Source: Aureisphaera galaxeae (lineage in GTDB: Bacteria > Bacteroidota > Bacteroidia > Flavobacteriales > Flavobacteriaceae). From it: DNA of 64,000 nt. Below are positions 21,421 to 31,300 of the stretch, in pieces. The translations under genes and the position numbers were made by a program. The notes below the pieces were generated by a model, which made no database searches, was not told the origin of the DNA, and worked only from the letters and a program-made list of their open reading frames with translations. Location: positions 340,812 to 404,811 of the forward strand of contig NZ_JAQQTF010000002.1 in the NCBI RefSeq assembly GCF_028561275.1. Direction: 5' to 3'. Every line of letters starts with the position of its first letter. Within the stretch, counting starts at the first letter, position 1.

Positions 21421-21567
21421 GTTGATGGTTTTTTGTGATTAAGCTAAATGCTATGCATGCATAGCATCTTATACTAAAGTTAGAAAAAAACTGAGAATAT
21501 GATAATTTTTTAATTAAATATTTTTCAAATTCTCAACAAAAACACTCTAAACATAAAAATAGTGCGG

Positions 21568-22305
21568 TTATGACGTAAAGACAAGGTATAATCCAGCCGC
21601 CAATCCTCCGCCTAAAATGGGAGCAATAACCGGAATCCATGAATAGCCCCAATCGGTTTGTTTGTTTTTCAACGGAAGTAGGGCATGTACGATTCGCGGA
21701 CCTAAATCACGCGCTGGATTAATGGCATATCCTGTGGTACCTCCCAAGGAAAGTCCTATAGACCAAACGACGAGGGCAACGGGTAGTGCACCCAAGGATC
21801 CTAATCCAATGGTTGCTGCTTCTCCTGAAGCGGTGGTAAATTCTGGTCCCGCGATATAAAACACGGCAAGCAAAAGCACGAATGTGCCAATCACTTCCGA
21901 AAAGACGTTGGAACCTGTATTTCGAATGGCTGGAGCGGTACAGAAAGTAGCCGCAATTCCCCCAGCATCCTCGGTCGTATCGTAATGTTTTTTGTGAAAC
22001 AACCAAACACAAAAAGCCCCCAGCATGGCACCAATCATCTGCCCCGCAATGTAGGTGGGAACCAAGGCCCAATCGAAGAGTCCCGCAACGGCTAAGGATA
22101 CAGTAACGGCAGGATTAATATGTGCTCCGCTCACGGGTCCAGCGATGAGCACTGCTACATATACAGCCAAGGCCCATCCCGTAGTGATGACAATCCAGCC
22201 CGAATTGTTTCCTTTGGTTCCATTTAAAACTACATTGGCAACCACACCATTCCCCAATAGAATGAGAATGAATGTTCCAACGATTTCTGCGATAAAAGGT
22301 GTCAT
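21568..22305 (-). CDS. glpF: Aquaporin-family glycerol uptake facilitator
   Basis: Two NPA motifs (GAHINPAVT, NPARDLGPR). Six TM helices. Sits upstream of glpK. Confidence 0.85.
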   Translation of the reverse strand: MTPFIAEIVGTFILILLGNGVVANVVLNGTKGNNSGWIVITTGWALAVYVAVLIAGPVSGAHINPAVTVSLAVAGLFDWALVPTYIAGQMIGAMLGAFCVWLFHKKHYDTTEDAGGIAATFCTAPAIRNTGSNVFSEVIGTFVLLLAVFYIAGPEFTTASGEAATIGLGSLGALPVALVVWSIGLSLGGTTGYAINPARDLGPRIVHALLPLKNKQTDWGYSWIPVIAPILGGGLAAGLYLVFTS

Positions 22306-22327
22306 ATCTTTCTATTTTTTTGGTGAG

Positions 22328-23818
22328 TTATTCGATCCAATTTTTGCTTCTACCCACAGCTTTATGCCATTGGGCTATGAGTTGGGCTACCGCATCCGAA
22401 TCCAGGGCGGGTTCGAAAGTTCTATCCTTGGCCCATTGTTCCTGTAAGCTTTCCTGATTTTCCCAATATCCTACCGCCAAACCTGCGAGGTAGGCCGCTC
22501 CCAAAGCCGTACTTTCCAATTGCTTGGGCCGCACCACAGGGAACCCAAAAATATCGCTCTGAAACTGTAGTAAGAAATTATTGGCTGTGGCACCACCGTC
22601 CACTCGCAGCTCACTGCCTTCTGTGTTGGCATCGGCTTCCATGGCCTTCACGATATCGTATACTTGATAGGCAATGCCTTCGAGTGTGGCTCGGGCAATA
22701 TGCGCATGGGTACTTCCTCGGGTGAGTCCCACAATGGCACCCCGTGCGTAAGAATCCCAATAAGGAGCTCCCAGTCCTGCAAGCGCCGGCACAAAATACA
22801 CTCCCCCGTTGTCTTCTACACTGGTGGCCAAAGCTTCGATTTCTTTGGCATCTTTTATAAGTTGTAATCCGTCACGAATCCATTGTACCGCAGCACCTCC
22901 CACAAAGACACTTCCTTCCAAGGCATAATGCACTGTATCGCCAATTTTCCAAGCGATGGTGGTAAGTAGATTATTTTCTGAGTAGACAGGTATTTCTCCT
23001 GTATTCATTAAAAGGAAACAGCCCGTTCCATAGGTGTTCTTTACCATTCCTTTCTGGGTACATTGCTGTCCGAAAAGCGCGGCCTGTTGATCCCCAGCGA
23101 TTCCTGCAATAGGAATTTTGGTCGAAAAAAGCCCTTCATGCGTTTTGCCTACAACTTCGCTACTTCCCTTCACTTCAGGAAGAATAGCTTTGGGAATGTC
23201 CAATAGTTGGAGCAATTGCTCGTCCCATTCCAACGTATGAATATTGAATAATAAGGTCCTACTTGCATTGCTTGGATCGGTCACGTGAACCGCCCCATGG
23301 GTAAGTTTCCAAATGAGCCAACTATCAATCGTTCCGAAGCATAATTCTCCGTTTTCTGCTTTTTCACGAGCACCTTCCACATGATCTAAGATCCATTTCA
23401 GTTTGGTGCCGGAAAAATAGGCATCAATTACTAATCCGGTTTTCTTTTTGAAGGTTTCCACATGGCCTGCATCACGCAAACTGTCGCAAAATTTAGCCGT
23501 TCTTCGATCTTGCCATACAATAGCATTGTGAATGGGTTCGCCCGTTTGCCGATCCCAAACCACGGTGGTCTCCCGCTGATTGGTAATACCTATAGCCGCG
23601 ATATCATTCCCGGAAGCATTGGCACTTGCCAGCGCACGTTCTATCGCAGTCCATTGAGAGTCCCAAATTTCTTTGGCATCGTGTTCTACCCATCCGGGTT
23701 GGGGGAATATTTGTTGAAAATCCTGCTGTCCCACGCCTTTGTTTTCCCCTTGTTCGTTGAAGAGAATGGCACGCGAGGAAGTGGTTCCTTGATCAATGGA
23801 AAGAATGTAAGTGCTCAT
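22328..23818 (-). CDS. glpK: Glycerol kinase
   Basis: FGGY-kinase motifs ([17 protein letters not shown]). 496 aa. Confidence 0.95.
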   Translation of the reverse strand: MSTYILSIDQGTTSSRAILFNEQGENKGVGQQDFQQIFPQPGWVEHDAKEIWDSQWTAIERALASANASGNDIAAIGITNQRETTVVWDRQTGEPIHNAIVWQDRRTAKFCDSLRDAGHVETFKKKTGLVIDAYFSGTKLKWILDHVEGAREKAENGELCFGTIDSWLIWKLTHGAVHVTDPSNASRTLLFNIHTLEWDEQLLQLLDIPKAILPEVKGSSEVVGKTHEGLFSTKIPIAGIAGDQQAALFGQQCTQKGMVKNTYGTGCFLLMNTGEIPVYSENNLLTTIAWKIGDTVHYALEGSVFVGGAAVQWIRDGLQLIKDAKEIEALATSVEDNGGVYFVPALAGLGAPYWDSYARGAIVGLTRGSTHAHIARATLEGIAYQVYDIVKAMEADANTEGSELRVDGGATANNFLLQFQSDIFGFPVVRPKQLESTALGAAYLAGLAVGYWENQESLQEQWAKDRTFEPALDSDAVAQLIAQWHKAVGRSKNWIE

Positions 23819-23825
23819 GCGTTCG

Positions 23826-25388
23826 TTAATTTAAAATGTACTTCTCGGCAAGTGCCGAAAATTGCGATACTTGCTCTTCCTGCCAAGCAGGAGTTTGGTT
23901 GAGTTCCCGGGCCATAAGCTCGGCAACTTTTGGCGCAATGGTGACAGCTGCTCTGGCATCCAATAATAATAACCGAATACGCCGCGAAAGGAAATCTTCG
24001 ATGGTTCGTGCCATTTCATGGCGCACCGCCCAAATCACCTGTCCGTTGGTATACGGATATCTGGGGTGCAAGGGTTGCTGGTAAAGTGGGTCCGATGACT
24101 CTAAAGAGGTGTAGGCCTCCAAATCACTCCCATAAGGTTTCAAATGTTCGGCATGTATCATATCGGAAGTATTTCCGTGAATGGGGATGGTTTTAGTAAG
24201 ACATGCTACCTCGGGCAAGTCGAAGTGTTCGATAGCGGTATCGATAGCATCCTCGGCCATTTTACGATAGGTCGTCCATTTTCCCCCAACAATGCTAACT
24301 AGGTTGTCATCTACAATGATTTTATGCCCTCGGGATACTTCTTTGGTATTGGTCTCCTCTTTTTTTGGTTTGGCCAAAGGCCGCAGACCACTGAAGACTG
24401 ATAGTACATCACTTCTGCTGGCTTTTTTGGTAAGGAAGGTATTAATGGTTTCCAAAATAAAATCCACTTCCTCCTGCAAGGGAACGGGTTCTATTTTCGG
24501 TTTTTTAATGAGTGTATCTGTAGTGCCGGCTATAACTTTGTCGTGCCATGGAATAATAAAAAGCACCCTGCCATCGGACGTTTTGGGAATCATAAGTGCT
24601 GCATCGCTATCCAAGAAGGAACGTTCTAACATCAAATGAATCCCTTGGCTGGGGATGACCGTTTTTTTGTGCGTGGGATCTTTCATCTTCAAAATCTTAT
24701 CGGTAAAGATTCCCGTTGCATTGATCACCACTTTGGCCTTAATGTTATAGCCTTCCTGAGTTTCCGAATCGGTAACGACGATACTATCTACAGTAGCATT
24801 TTCTGTACTGTTAAGGGCAGAAACAGGGAAGTAGTTAAGAACGGTGGCCCCATGCTCAACCGCAGTTTGGGCTAGGTTAAGTGCTAGTCTCGCATCATCG
24901 AACTGGCCATCGAAATAAGACACTCCGCTACTTAAGTTTTCGGTCATTAAAGTAGGAAGCGCTTCGATAACGGTTTCCCGTTTTAGCCATTTGGAGCTTC
25001 CCAAACTCAACCGCTTGGCAAGTACATCGTAGAATTTAAGACCGAAGGTATAAAATGGACCGCCCCACCATTTGTAGTTGGGAATGATGAACTCTTGCTT
25101 CTTAAACAAATGTTGGGCATTTCGAGCCAAAAGCCCTCTCTCTTCCAACGCCTCCGATACCAGTTTTACGTTCCCCTGCGCTAAATAACGGACTCCCCCG
25201 TGAACCAGTTTGGTGCTTTTGCTGCTGGTGCCTTTGGCAAAGTCGTATTTTTCGAACAAGACGGTTTTAAAACCTCTTGAAGCAGCATCTACTGCGATGC
25301 CCAAACCGCTTGCACCACCGCCAATAATGGCAATGTCCCAGAGCGGTGTTTCGTTGAGATTTTGAATGAATTCGGAACGGGTTTTCAA
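23826..25388 (-). CDS. glpD: FAD-dependent glycerol-3-phosphate dehydrogenase; start approximate
   Basis: FAD-binding [11 protein letters not shown] near the N-terminus and DAO domain. The ATG at 25538 would overlap the divergent bioF start codon, so a downstream start is more likely. An in-frame TTG at 25388 is a candidate. Confidence 0.8.
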   Translation of the reverse strand: MKTRSEFIQNLNETPLWDIAIIGGGASGLGIAVDAASRGFKTVLFEKYDFAKGTSSKSTKLVHGGVRYLAQGNVKLVSEALEERGLLARNAQHLFKKQEFIIPNYKWWGGPFYTFGLKFYDVLAKRLSLGSSKWLKRETVIEALPTLMTENLSSGVSYFDGQFDDARLALNLAQTAVEHGATVLNYFPVSALNSTENATVDSIVVTDSETQEGYNIKAKVVINATGIFTDKILKMKDPTHKKTVIPSQGIHLMLERSFLDSDAALMIPKTSDGRVLFIIPWHDKVIAGTTDTLIKKPKIEPVPLQEEVDFILETINTFLTKKASRSDVLSVFSGLRPLAKPKKEETNTKEVSRGHKIIVDDNLVSIVGGKWTTYRKMAEDAIDTAIEHFDLPEVACLTKTIPIHGNTSDMIHAEHLKPYGSDLEAYTSLESSDPLYQQPLHPRYPYTNGQVIWAVRHEMARTIEDFLSRRIRLLLLDARAAVTIAPKVAELMARELNQTPAWQEEQVSQFSALAEKYILN

Positions 25389-25536
25389 GATGTTGGTTGG
25401 AAATAAATTCGTATAAGTTATAAATCTAGTGAAAAAGTAGGGAATGGCTAAAATGTTGAAGATCAATTTTTGGGAAGAAGAATTCCGCAGAAAATATTTT
25501 CCTTTATATGTGATTTCAAGATCGTATTTTTGAACC

Positions 25537-26682
25537 ATGAAAGGACTCCCAGGGAAGCTTCAACAAAAACTATCCGAACGTAATGAGAATGGTTCATTAC
25601 GACAGTTGGGAGTACCTAACGACCGTATCGATTTTTCTTCCAATGACTATTTGGGATTTGCCAATTCTGAAGTTTTATTCGATCGTGCGGAACACATTCT
25701 AGTTTCCCACAACCTTAAACAAAATGGAGCCACGGGATCGAGATTGCTTTCTGGAAATCATGAGTTGTATGAAATTGCGGAGAAGACGATTGCCCAATTC
25801 CATGAGGTGGCATCCGCCTTGATCTTTAACAGCGGCTATGATGCCAATGTGGGTATTTTCAGTAGCATTCCCCAAAGAGGCGATATCATATTGTACGATG
25901 AATTATGTCATGCCTCCATTCGGGATGGGATTAGAATGAGTCATGCCAAGGCCTACAAGTTTGACCATAATGATCTTACCCATTTAGAACAATTATGTCA
26001 AAGGCACCAAGCGGAAGGAGCCGAAATCTATGTGGTGACGGAATCCGTCTTTTCCATGGATGGTGATGCACCCGATCTGAAAGCATTGGTAGCCATTTGC
26101 AAAAAGCATAATGCCCTTTGTATAGTAGACGAAGCCCACGCATTGGGAGTGGTAGGAAAAAGAGGAGTAGGTGCCGTTCAGGACTTGAATCTACAGGATT
26201 CGATTTTTGCCAGAGTGGTGACTTTTGGAAAAGGGTTGGGAGTGCATGGTGCAGCTGTATTGGGCTCGAAGGAATTAAAAACCTATCTACTCAATTTCGC
26301 CCGAAGCTTTGTATACACCACGGGACTGCCGCCGCATTCGGTAGCTGCGATACAGGCTGGATATACCCAATTAAAGGAGAATTCCGAAGAAAACTCCATA
26401 CTTCATTCTAATATTGCAATATTACGTAATCAAATAGAGGCTAGTGGATTGTCCGAGCGATTTATTGATAGCCAGTCGGCCATTCATTCCATGATACTGC
26501 CAGGGAACAAACAAGTGAAAGCCGCCGCCGCATTTCTCGCCGAAAATGGATTGGATGTAAAACCCATTCTTTCCCCTACGGTACCCCAAGGACAGGAGCG
26601 TTTACGGATATGCGTGCACAGCTTTAATTCGGAAGCCGATATTCGGAAACTTGTGCAACAATTGGCTACTTTTACGGCATGA
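25537..26682 (+). CDS. bioF: 8-amino-7-oxononanoate synthase
   Basis: PLP-dependent class II aminotransferase fold. IDFSSNDYLGFA N-terminal motif and PLP lysine region (TFGKGLG). 381 aa. Confidence 0.85.
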   Translation: MKGLPGKLQQKLSERNENGSLRQLGVPNDRIDFSSNDYLGFANSEVLFDRAEHILVSHNLKQNGATGSRLLSGNHELYEIAEKTIAQFHEVASALIFNSGYDANVGIFSSIPQRGDIILYDELCHASIRDGIRMSHAKAYKFDHNDLTHLEQLCQRHQAEGAEIYVVTESVFSMDGDAPDLKALVAICKKHNALCIVDEAHALGVVGKRGVGAVQDLNLQDSIFARVVTFGKGLGVHGAAVLGSKELKTYLLNFARSFVYTTGLPPHSVAAIQAGYTQLKENSEENSILHSNIAILRNQIEASGLSERFIDSQSAIHSMILPGNKQVKAAAAFLAENGLDVKPILSPTVPQGQERLRICVHSFNSEADIRKLVQQLATFTA

Positions 26683-27092
26683 ACAAAACCTTTGAAACGG
26701 TAGCCCGTTTTACCTATCCCTCAGAAGCACAAATTGTAAAAGGACGATTGGAATCTGAAGGAATTCCTGCGTTTATAGTAGATCACAATGCGATCAACGT
26801 AGATCCGCTTGTGGTGAGTGGTAGCGGTGGGGTAAAACTGAATGTATACGTTGAGGACAAAGAGCGGGCACTCAAAATAATGAGTGAAATAAAGCCCTTT
26901 TCATTGGACGACGAAGGAATGGCCATACAATGCCCCGATTGCGGGAGTGATGAGATCGAGTTCTTCTCGAATGCAAGAGAGCATGCCTCCTTTATAGGTT
27001 CCTTGGCTCAATTGCTTTTCGGAAGATTTACCAAAAAAAGCGCATACGATTACCGTTGTAAAAGTTGTAAATACAAGTTCCTACTGCCATGA
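26679..27092 (+). CDS. DUF2007-like small protein with C-terminal CxxC...CxxC zinc-ribbon
   Basis: 137 aa with overlapping stop/start to bioF and bioD. N-terminal DUF2007-like segment (ARFTYPSEAQIVKGRLESEGIP). C-terminal CPDCGSD...CKSCKYKF. Confidence 0.45.
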   Translation: MNKTFETVARFTYPSEAQIVKGRLESEGIPAFIVDHNAINVDPLVVSGSGGVKLNVYVEDKERALKIMSEIKPFSLDDEGMAIQCPDCGSDEIEFFSNAREHASFIGSLAQLLFGRFTKKSAYDYRCKSCKYKFLLP

Positions 27093-27706
27093 GTCAATCT
27101 TATTTCATTACTGGAATTTCTACCGATGTTGGGAAAACAGTGGTTTCTGCCATCATTACAGAAGCCTTGGAGGCCGATTATTGGAAACCCGTTCAAGCGG
27201 GCGAACTGGATAACACCGACCTGCATAAGGTGAAGCAATTTGTATCGAATACAAAGACCATTTTTCACGAAAGTGAGCACAACCTCGAAACGCCCATGAG
27301 TCCGCATGCCGCAGCTGCTATAGATGGAGTAACGATTTCAAAAAAGGACATCGTCCGACCCAAAACCAAGAACAGTTTGGTAATAGAGGGTGCGGGAGGA
27401 CTGTTGGTGCCACTCAATGATACGGAAACGGTGGCCGATCTTATTCAGTCAAAAGACAAAGTAATTATCGTATCCCGCCACTACTTGGGAAGTATTAACC
27501 ACACCTTGCTTACCATAGAAGCGCTTAAAGCGAGAAAGCTGAACATTTTGGGCATCATTTTTAGTGGGGATGAGCATCCTACGACGGAGGACATTATTAA
27601 AAAAATGGGCGGTGTTCCCATCTTATGTCGTATCGATGAGGAACCCTATTTCGATGCCAACGTTGTGAAAGAATATGCCGAAAGATTTAGGGAAATACTA
27701 TTGTAA
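27089..27706 (+). CDS. bioD: Dethiobiotin synthetase
   Basis: P-loop ITGISTDVGKT. 205 aa. Confidence 0.9.
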   Translation: MSQSYFITGISTDVGKTVVSAIITEALEADYWKPVQAGELDNTDLHKVKQFVSNTKTIFHESEHNLETPMSPHAAAAIDGVTISKKDIVRPKTKNSLVIEGAGGLLVPLNDTETVADLIQSKDKVIIVSRHYLGSINHTLLTIEALKARKLNILGIIFSGDEHPTTEDIIKKMGGVPILCRIDEEPYFDANVVKEYAERFREILL

Positions 27707-27742
27707 CCGGAAAATCGTTTCGTTTTAAAACCAACTACCTTC

Positions 27743-29008
27743 ATGAGTCTATCCCAACGCGACCGAAACCACATTTGGCATCCCCTAACCCAACATCAAA
27801 ACGCACCCGCACCTTTAGGTATTGTTAAGGCCAAGGGAGCTTTCTTTTGGGATGAGGAAGGAAACGACTATATCGACGGAATTGCCTCTTGGTATACCGC
27901 CATGTATGGGCATTGCAACGATCATATCATTGCTGCCGTAAGCGAGCAGATGCGTCAGTTGGACCTAGTGGTCTTTACAGGATTTACCCACGAACCTGCT
28001 GTACAACTTTCTGAAAAGTTGATGGGGATTTTACCCTCTAATCAACAAAAGATTTTCTTTAATGATAATGGTTCCACAGCCGTAGAAGCAGGGATGAAAA
28101 TGGCTTTGCAATACCATTTTAACAAGGGGCAAAAAAGGGATACTTTAATTGCTTTCGAGGAAGGCTTTCACGGAGATACCTTTGGAGCCATGAGTGCTTC
28201 GGGACTTTCGGTGTACAATGGTCCTTTTGAAGATTTCTTTTTGAAGGTGGTTCGTATTCCCACACCAAAGAAGGACAATCTTGAGGAAGTTGTATCTCAA
28301 TTGAAACAGCTCATTTCTGAAAATGAATGCGCTGCCTTTGTGTACGAACCATTGGTGCAGGGTGCTGCAGGCATGAAGTTTCATTCCGCAGAAGGTCTGG
28401 AACAGCTCCTTCAACTGTGCCAAGCCAATGATATTCTTTGCATCGCTGATGAGGTGATGACTGGATTTGGAAAAACGGGTAAGCATTTCGCTTCCCTTCA
28501 TTTAGATACCTTGCCAGACATTATTTGTTTGAGTAAAGCCCTTACCGCAGGTGTGGCTCCCATGAGCATTACCAGCTGCTCACAAAAGGTGTTCGATGCC
28601 TTTTTGGATGAGGAAATCACCAAAGGCTTTTTCCACGCCCATACCTACAGTGCCCACCCATTGGGTTGTGCGGCAGCCATTGCGGGGATCGATTTGCTCA
28701 CTTCAGAAACCCTTCAAAAAGATATACAGCGTATCCAAACATCACATGAAGCTTTTGTAAAAGAAGTAACATCTCATCCTAAGGTAAAGGAAGCAAGGTC
28801 ATTGGGCGTTATTCTGGCCATCGACCTTGCATTAGAAATGGATCGTTATGGCAAACTTCGTAACGAAATGTACCAGTACTTTATGAGCCAAGGTGTGTTC
28901 CTTCGTCCTTTGGGTAATACGATCTATGTGTTGCCACCGTATGTGATCACCAACTCCGAATTGGAAAAGATTTACAGTGCCATTCGTGGGATGTTAGAAG
29001 CTATCTAA
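27743..29008 (+). CDS. bioA: Adenosylmethionine-8-amino-7-oxononanoate aminotransferase
   Basis: Class III aminotransferase. PLP lysine context (DEVMTGFGKTGK). 421 aa. Confidence 0.9.
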   Translation: MSLSQRDRNHIWHPLTQHQNAPAPLGIVKAKGAFFWDEEGNDYIDGIASWYTAMYGHCNDHIIAAVSEQMRQLDLVVFTGFTHEPAVQLSEKLMGILPSNQQKIFFNDNGSTAVEAGMKMALQYHFNKGQKRDTLIAFEEGFHGDTFGAMSASGLSVYNGPFEDFFLKVVRIPTPKKDNLEEVVSQLKQLISENECAAFVYEPLVQGAAGMKFHSAEGLEQLLQLCQANDILCIADEVMTGFGKTGKHFASLHLDTLPDIICLSKALTAGVAPMSITSCSQKVFDAFLDEEITKGFFHAHTYSAHPLGCAAAIAGIDLLTSETLQKDIQRIQTSHEAFVKEVTSHPKVKEARSLGVILAIDLALEMDRYGKLRNEMYQYFMSQGVFLRPLGNTIYVLPPYVITNSELEKIYSAIRGMLEAI

Positions 29009-29439
29009 TCCAACAACTCCCGACTTTCCAAGAGATCGATCACCATGTCGGCTTCGTCGATATAGACCTTCATTTTATCGTACGTCCAGTTGTCACCTCG
29101 ACCTTCTCCTTCCACGGAAATAACAGCTTCTCCTTTGGGTCCTCGAATGGGGATGTCGATGTCTGCTTCGCCTCCGCCATTGGAGTAACTAATGTTTCCA
29201 CTCATCATACCATGACTTTCGAGAGGTTCTCCAAGCAATTCGATCACCTGTGGATGGGTGGATGCAGCATCTAAGGCATCTTTGTAAGCCTGCGAATCGC
29301 TCATCATACTGGTTACCCCAAAGAATAGGGCACCAAAAAACGCGATGAATAGGACTATGGCTACGAGACAACCGCCTACAGGCACGACCCAAGGCCAATT
29401 TCTTCCAAACCAACTTTTTCTTCTGGTAGTTTCTTCCAT
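29005..29439 (-). CDS. Coa1-like small membrane-anchored protein (cytochrome oxidase assembly factor Coa1 family)
   Basis: N-terminal basic segment plus one TM helix (WVVPVGGCLVAIVLFIAFFGALFFGV). C-terminal soluble domain resembling the Coa1 family. 144 aa. Confidence 0.45.
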   Translation of the reverse strand: MEETTRRKSWFGRNWPWVVPVGGCLVAIVLFIAFFGALFFGVTSMMSDSQAYKDALDAASTHPQVIELLGEPLESHGMMSGNISYSNGGGEADIDIPIRGPKGEAVISVEGEGRGDNWTYDKMKVYIDEADMVIDLLESRELLD

Positions 29440-29485
29440 GATTTTCTAGTTTTTTAAGTATCTACAATTCCCAGAACCTTTATTT

Positions 29486-30658
29486 TTGCTGAAATTATCA
29501 AAAATCTTGCAACAGCCCATTTCAATTACTGGTATTGCTTCTGTTTCTGCTCTAGGAATGAGTCTCCCCCAAGTGTGGGAATGTTACAAACGAAGCGACT
29601 CAATCTTTACCACAAAGAGCGTTTCTGGCCAACGGGTGGCGCTATCTAAAGTGACTCCAGAAATTGAAGAAGCCCTTTCCGAATTGAAACAGTCGCACAG
29701 CGCTTACAAGAAATTGGACCGTTCCGTACTATTGGGAATATTGGCTGCACGAATGGCATTTCCGAAGCACTTGAAAGATAAATTGGTAGGGGTAACCATT
29801 GGGTCTTCCCGAGGAGCTACGGGTTTATTCGAAAAATACCATGAACAATTTAGAAGCAAGGGAAAAGTATCGGCATTTTCTTCGCCCACTACTACCTTGG
29901 GGAATATTTCTTCATGGGTAGGCCAGGATCTGGGAGTTCAAGGCATTCAGGTAGGACATTCAGTCACTTGTTCTACGGCATTACATGCGGTACTCAATGG
30001 AATCGCTTGGTTGCAAGCAGACATGGCCGATGCCTTTGTGGTCGGTGGAAGTGAGGCCGCACTCACGCCTTTCACGTTGGCCCAAATGCAGGCCATGAAA
30101 TTGTACAGCACCTCTCCCGAAGCATTTGCCTGCGAGTCCCTTCGGTTGGACAAAAAGAAGAACACCATGGTTCTTGGTGAAGGCGCGGCTGTAGCCGTGT
30201 TGGAAAAGGGAATTTCAGAAAATAGAATAGCGAGCATTAAAGGATATGGTTTTGCTTCCGAAAAGATCGCCCACGGAAGTGCTATTAGCGAAAATGCCGA
30301 ATGTTTTCAGGAATCCATGAAGAACGCCTTGGACAGATCGGGCCTTAAAACGGTGGATGCCATCATCATGCATGCCCCAGGAACCGTTAAGGGAGACACG
30401 GCCGAATTCAACGCGGTAAAAGAGGTGTTCCGTAACAAATTACCTCTTTTAACGACCAATAAGTGGCTTTTGGGGCATACCTTCGGAGCTTCAGGTATGA
30501 TGAGCGTGGAAATGGCCATCCTTATGTTGCAACACAATCAGTTCATCCCCAATCCATTTTTTTCCAACAATATTCCAACAAATAAACCCTTGGAACACCT
30601 TATGGTAAATGCTGTAGGTTTTGGGGGTAATGCGGTGAGTATCATTGTTGGTAAATAG
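29486..30658 (+). CDS. Beta-ketoacyl-ACP synthase (FabF/FabB-like KAS I/II), stand-alone inside the bio locus
   Basis: Active-site Cys in GHSVTCSTALHAV and the two His in MHAPGT and GHTFGASG. Ends with C-terminal VGFGGNAVSIIV. 390 aa. Confidence 0.75.
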   Translation: MLKLSKILQQPISITGIASVSALGMSLPQVWECYKRSDSIFTTKSVSGQRVALSKVTPEIEEALSELKQSHSAYKKLDRSVLLGILAARMAFPKHLKDKLVGVTIGSSRGATGLFEKYHEQFRSKGKVSAFSSPTTTLGNISSWVGQDLGVQGIQVGHSVTCSTALHAVLNGIAWLQADMADAFVVGGSEAALTPFTLAQMQAMKLYSTSPEAFACESLRLDKKKNTMVLGEGAAVAVLEKGISENRIASIKGYGFASEKIAHGSAISENAECFQESMKNALDRSGLKTVDAIIMHAPGTVKGDTAEFNAVKEVFRNKLPLLTTNKWLLGHTFGASGMMSVEMAILMLQHNQFIPNPFFSNNIPTNKPLEHLMVNAVGFGGNAVSIIVGK

Positions 30659-30723
30659 GGAACCGCTTTTGGTTAAGCAGCGGAAAAAGTTACTATATTT
30701 CATTACTAACTAAATTAAATTCT

Positions 30724-31299
30724 ATGGGCGATTGGTTTACTGCATTAAGTACCTTCGAAAAGGTATATTGGATCACAGCCATTGTTGCATCTGTCATTTT
30801 CTTAGTCCTTGTTGTTCTTACCTTCGTTGGAGGGGATGTGGATGATATGGGCGATGTAGATGCCGAGATCGAAGGGGATGCTGGGATCGGTTTTCAATTT
30901 CTTTCCTTTAAAAACCTAATGGGCTTCTTTACCATCTTTGGATGGTCCGGAATTGCGTGTATCGAAGAGGGATTATCCACTGGGATGACCATTGGTATTT
31001 CCGTGATTTGCGGATTGTTAATGATGGTGGCCATGGCCACACTGTTCTACTATTTGGGGAAATTGACCAGCGATGGTTCTTTACGATTGAAAAATGCTTT
31101 GAACAACGTGGGCGAAGTGTATCTAACCATTGGTGCCAATAGATCGAGTATTGGAAAGGTGCAGATTCAAGTACAGGGAGGACTCCGTGAGTTGGATGCC
31201 CTTACCGATGAGGATCACGACCTCAAACAAGGTGAAGTAGTTACAGTAACCCAGGTTACCGATAGCGGATTATTAATTGTAAATAAACACACAAGCTAA
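30724..31299 (+). CDS. NfeD/YqiJ-like membrane protein with C-terminal OB-fold (flotillin partner)
   Basis: Two or three TM helices then an OB-fold-like C-terminus (GEVYLTIGANRSSIGKVQIQVQG...GEVVTVTQVTDSGLLIV). Lies directly upstream of the flotillin gene, as in yqiJ-yqiK. Confidence 0.6.
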   Translation: MGDWFTALSTFEKVYWITAIVASVIFLVLVVLTFVGGDVDDMGDVDAEIEGDAGIGFQFLSFKNLMGFFTIFGWSGIACIEEGLSTGMTIGISVICGLLMMVAMATLFYYLGKLTSDGSLRLKNALNNVGEVYLTIGANRSSIGKVQIQVQGGLRELDALTDEDHDLKQGEVVTVTQVTDSGLLIVNKHTS

Positions 31300-31300
31300 T

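Noticed and set aside
21719-22072. 117-aa ORF antisense to glpF with Cys/His/Arg-rich translation
   Set aside because: Shadow ORF within the MIP-family gene, with no support.
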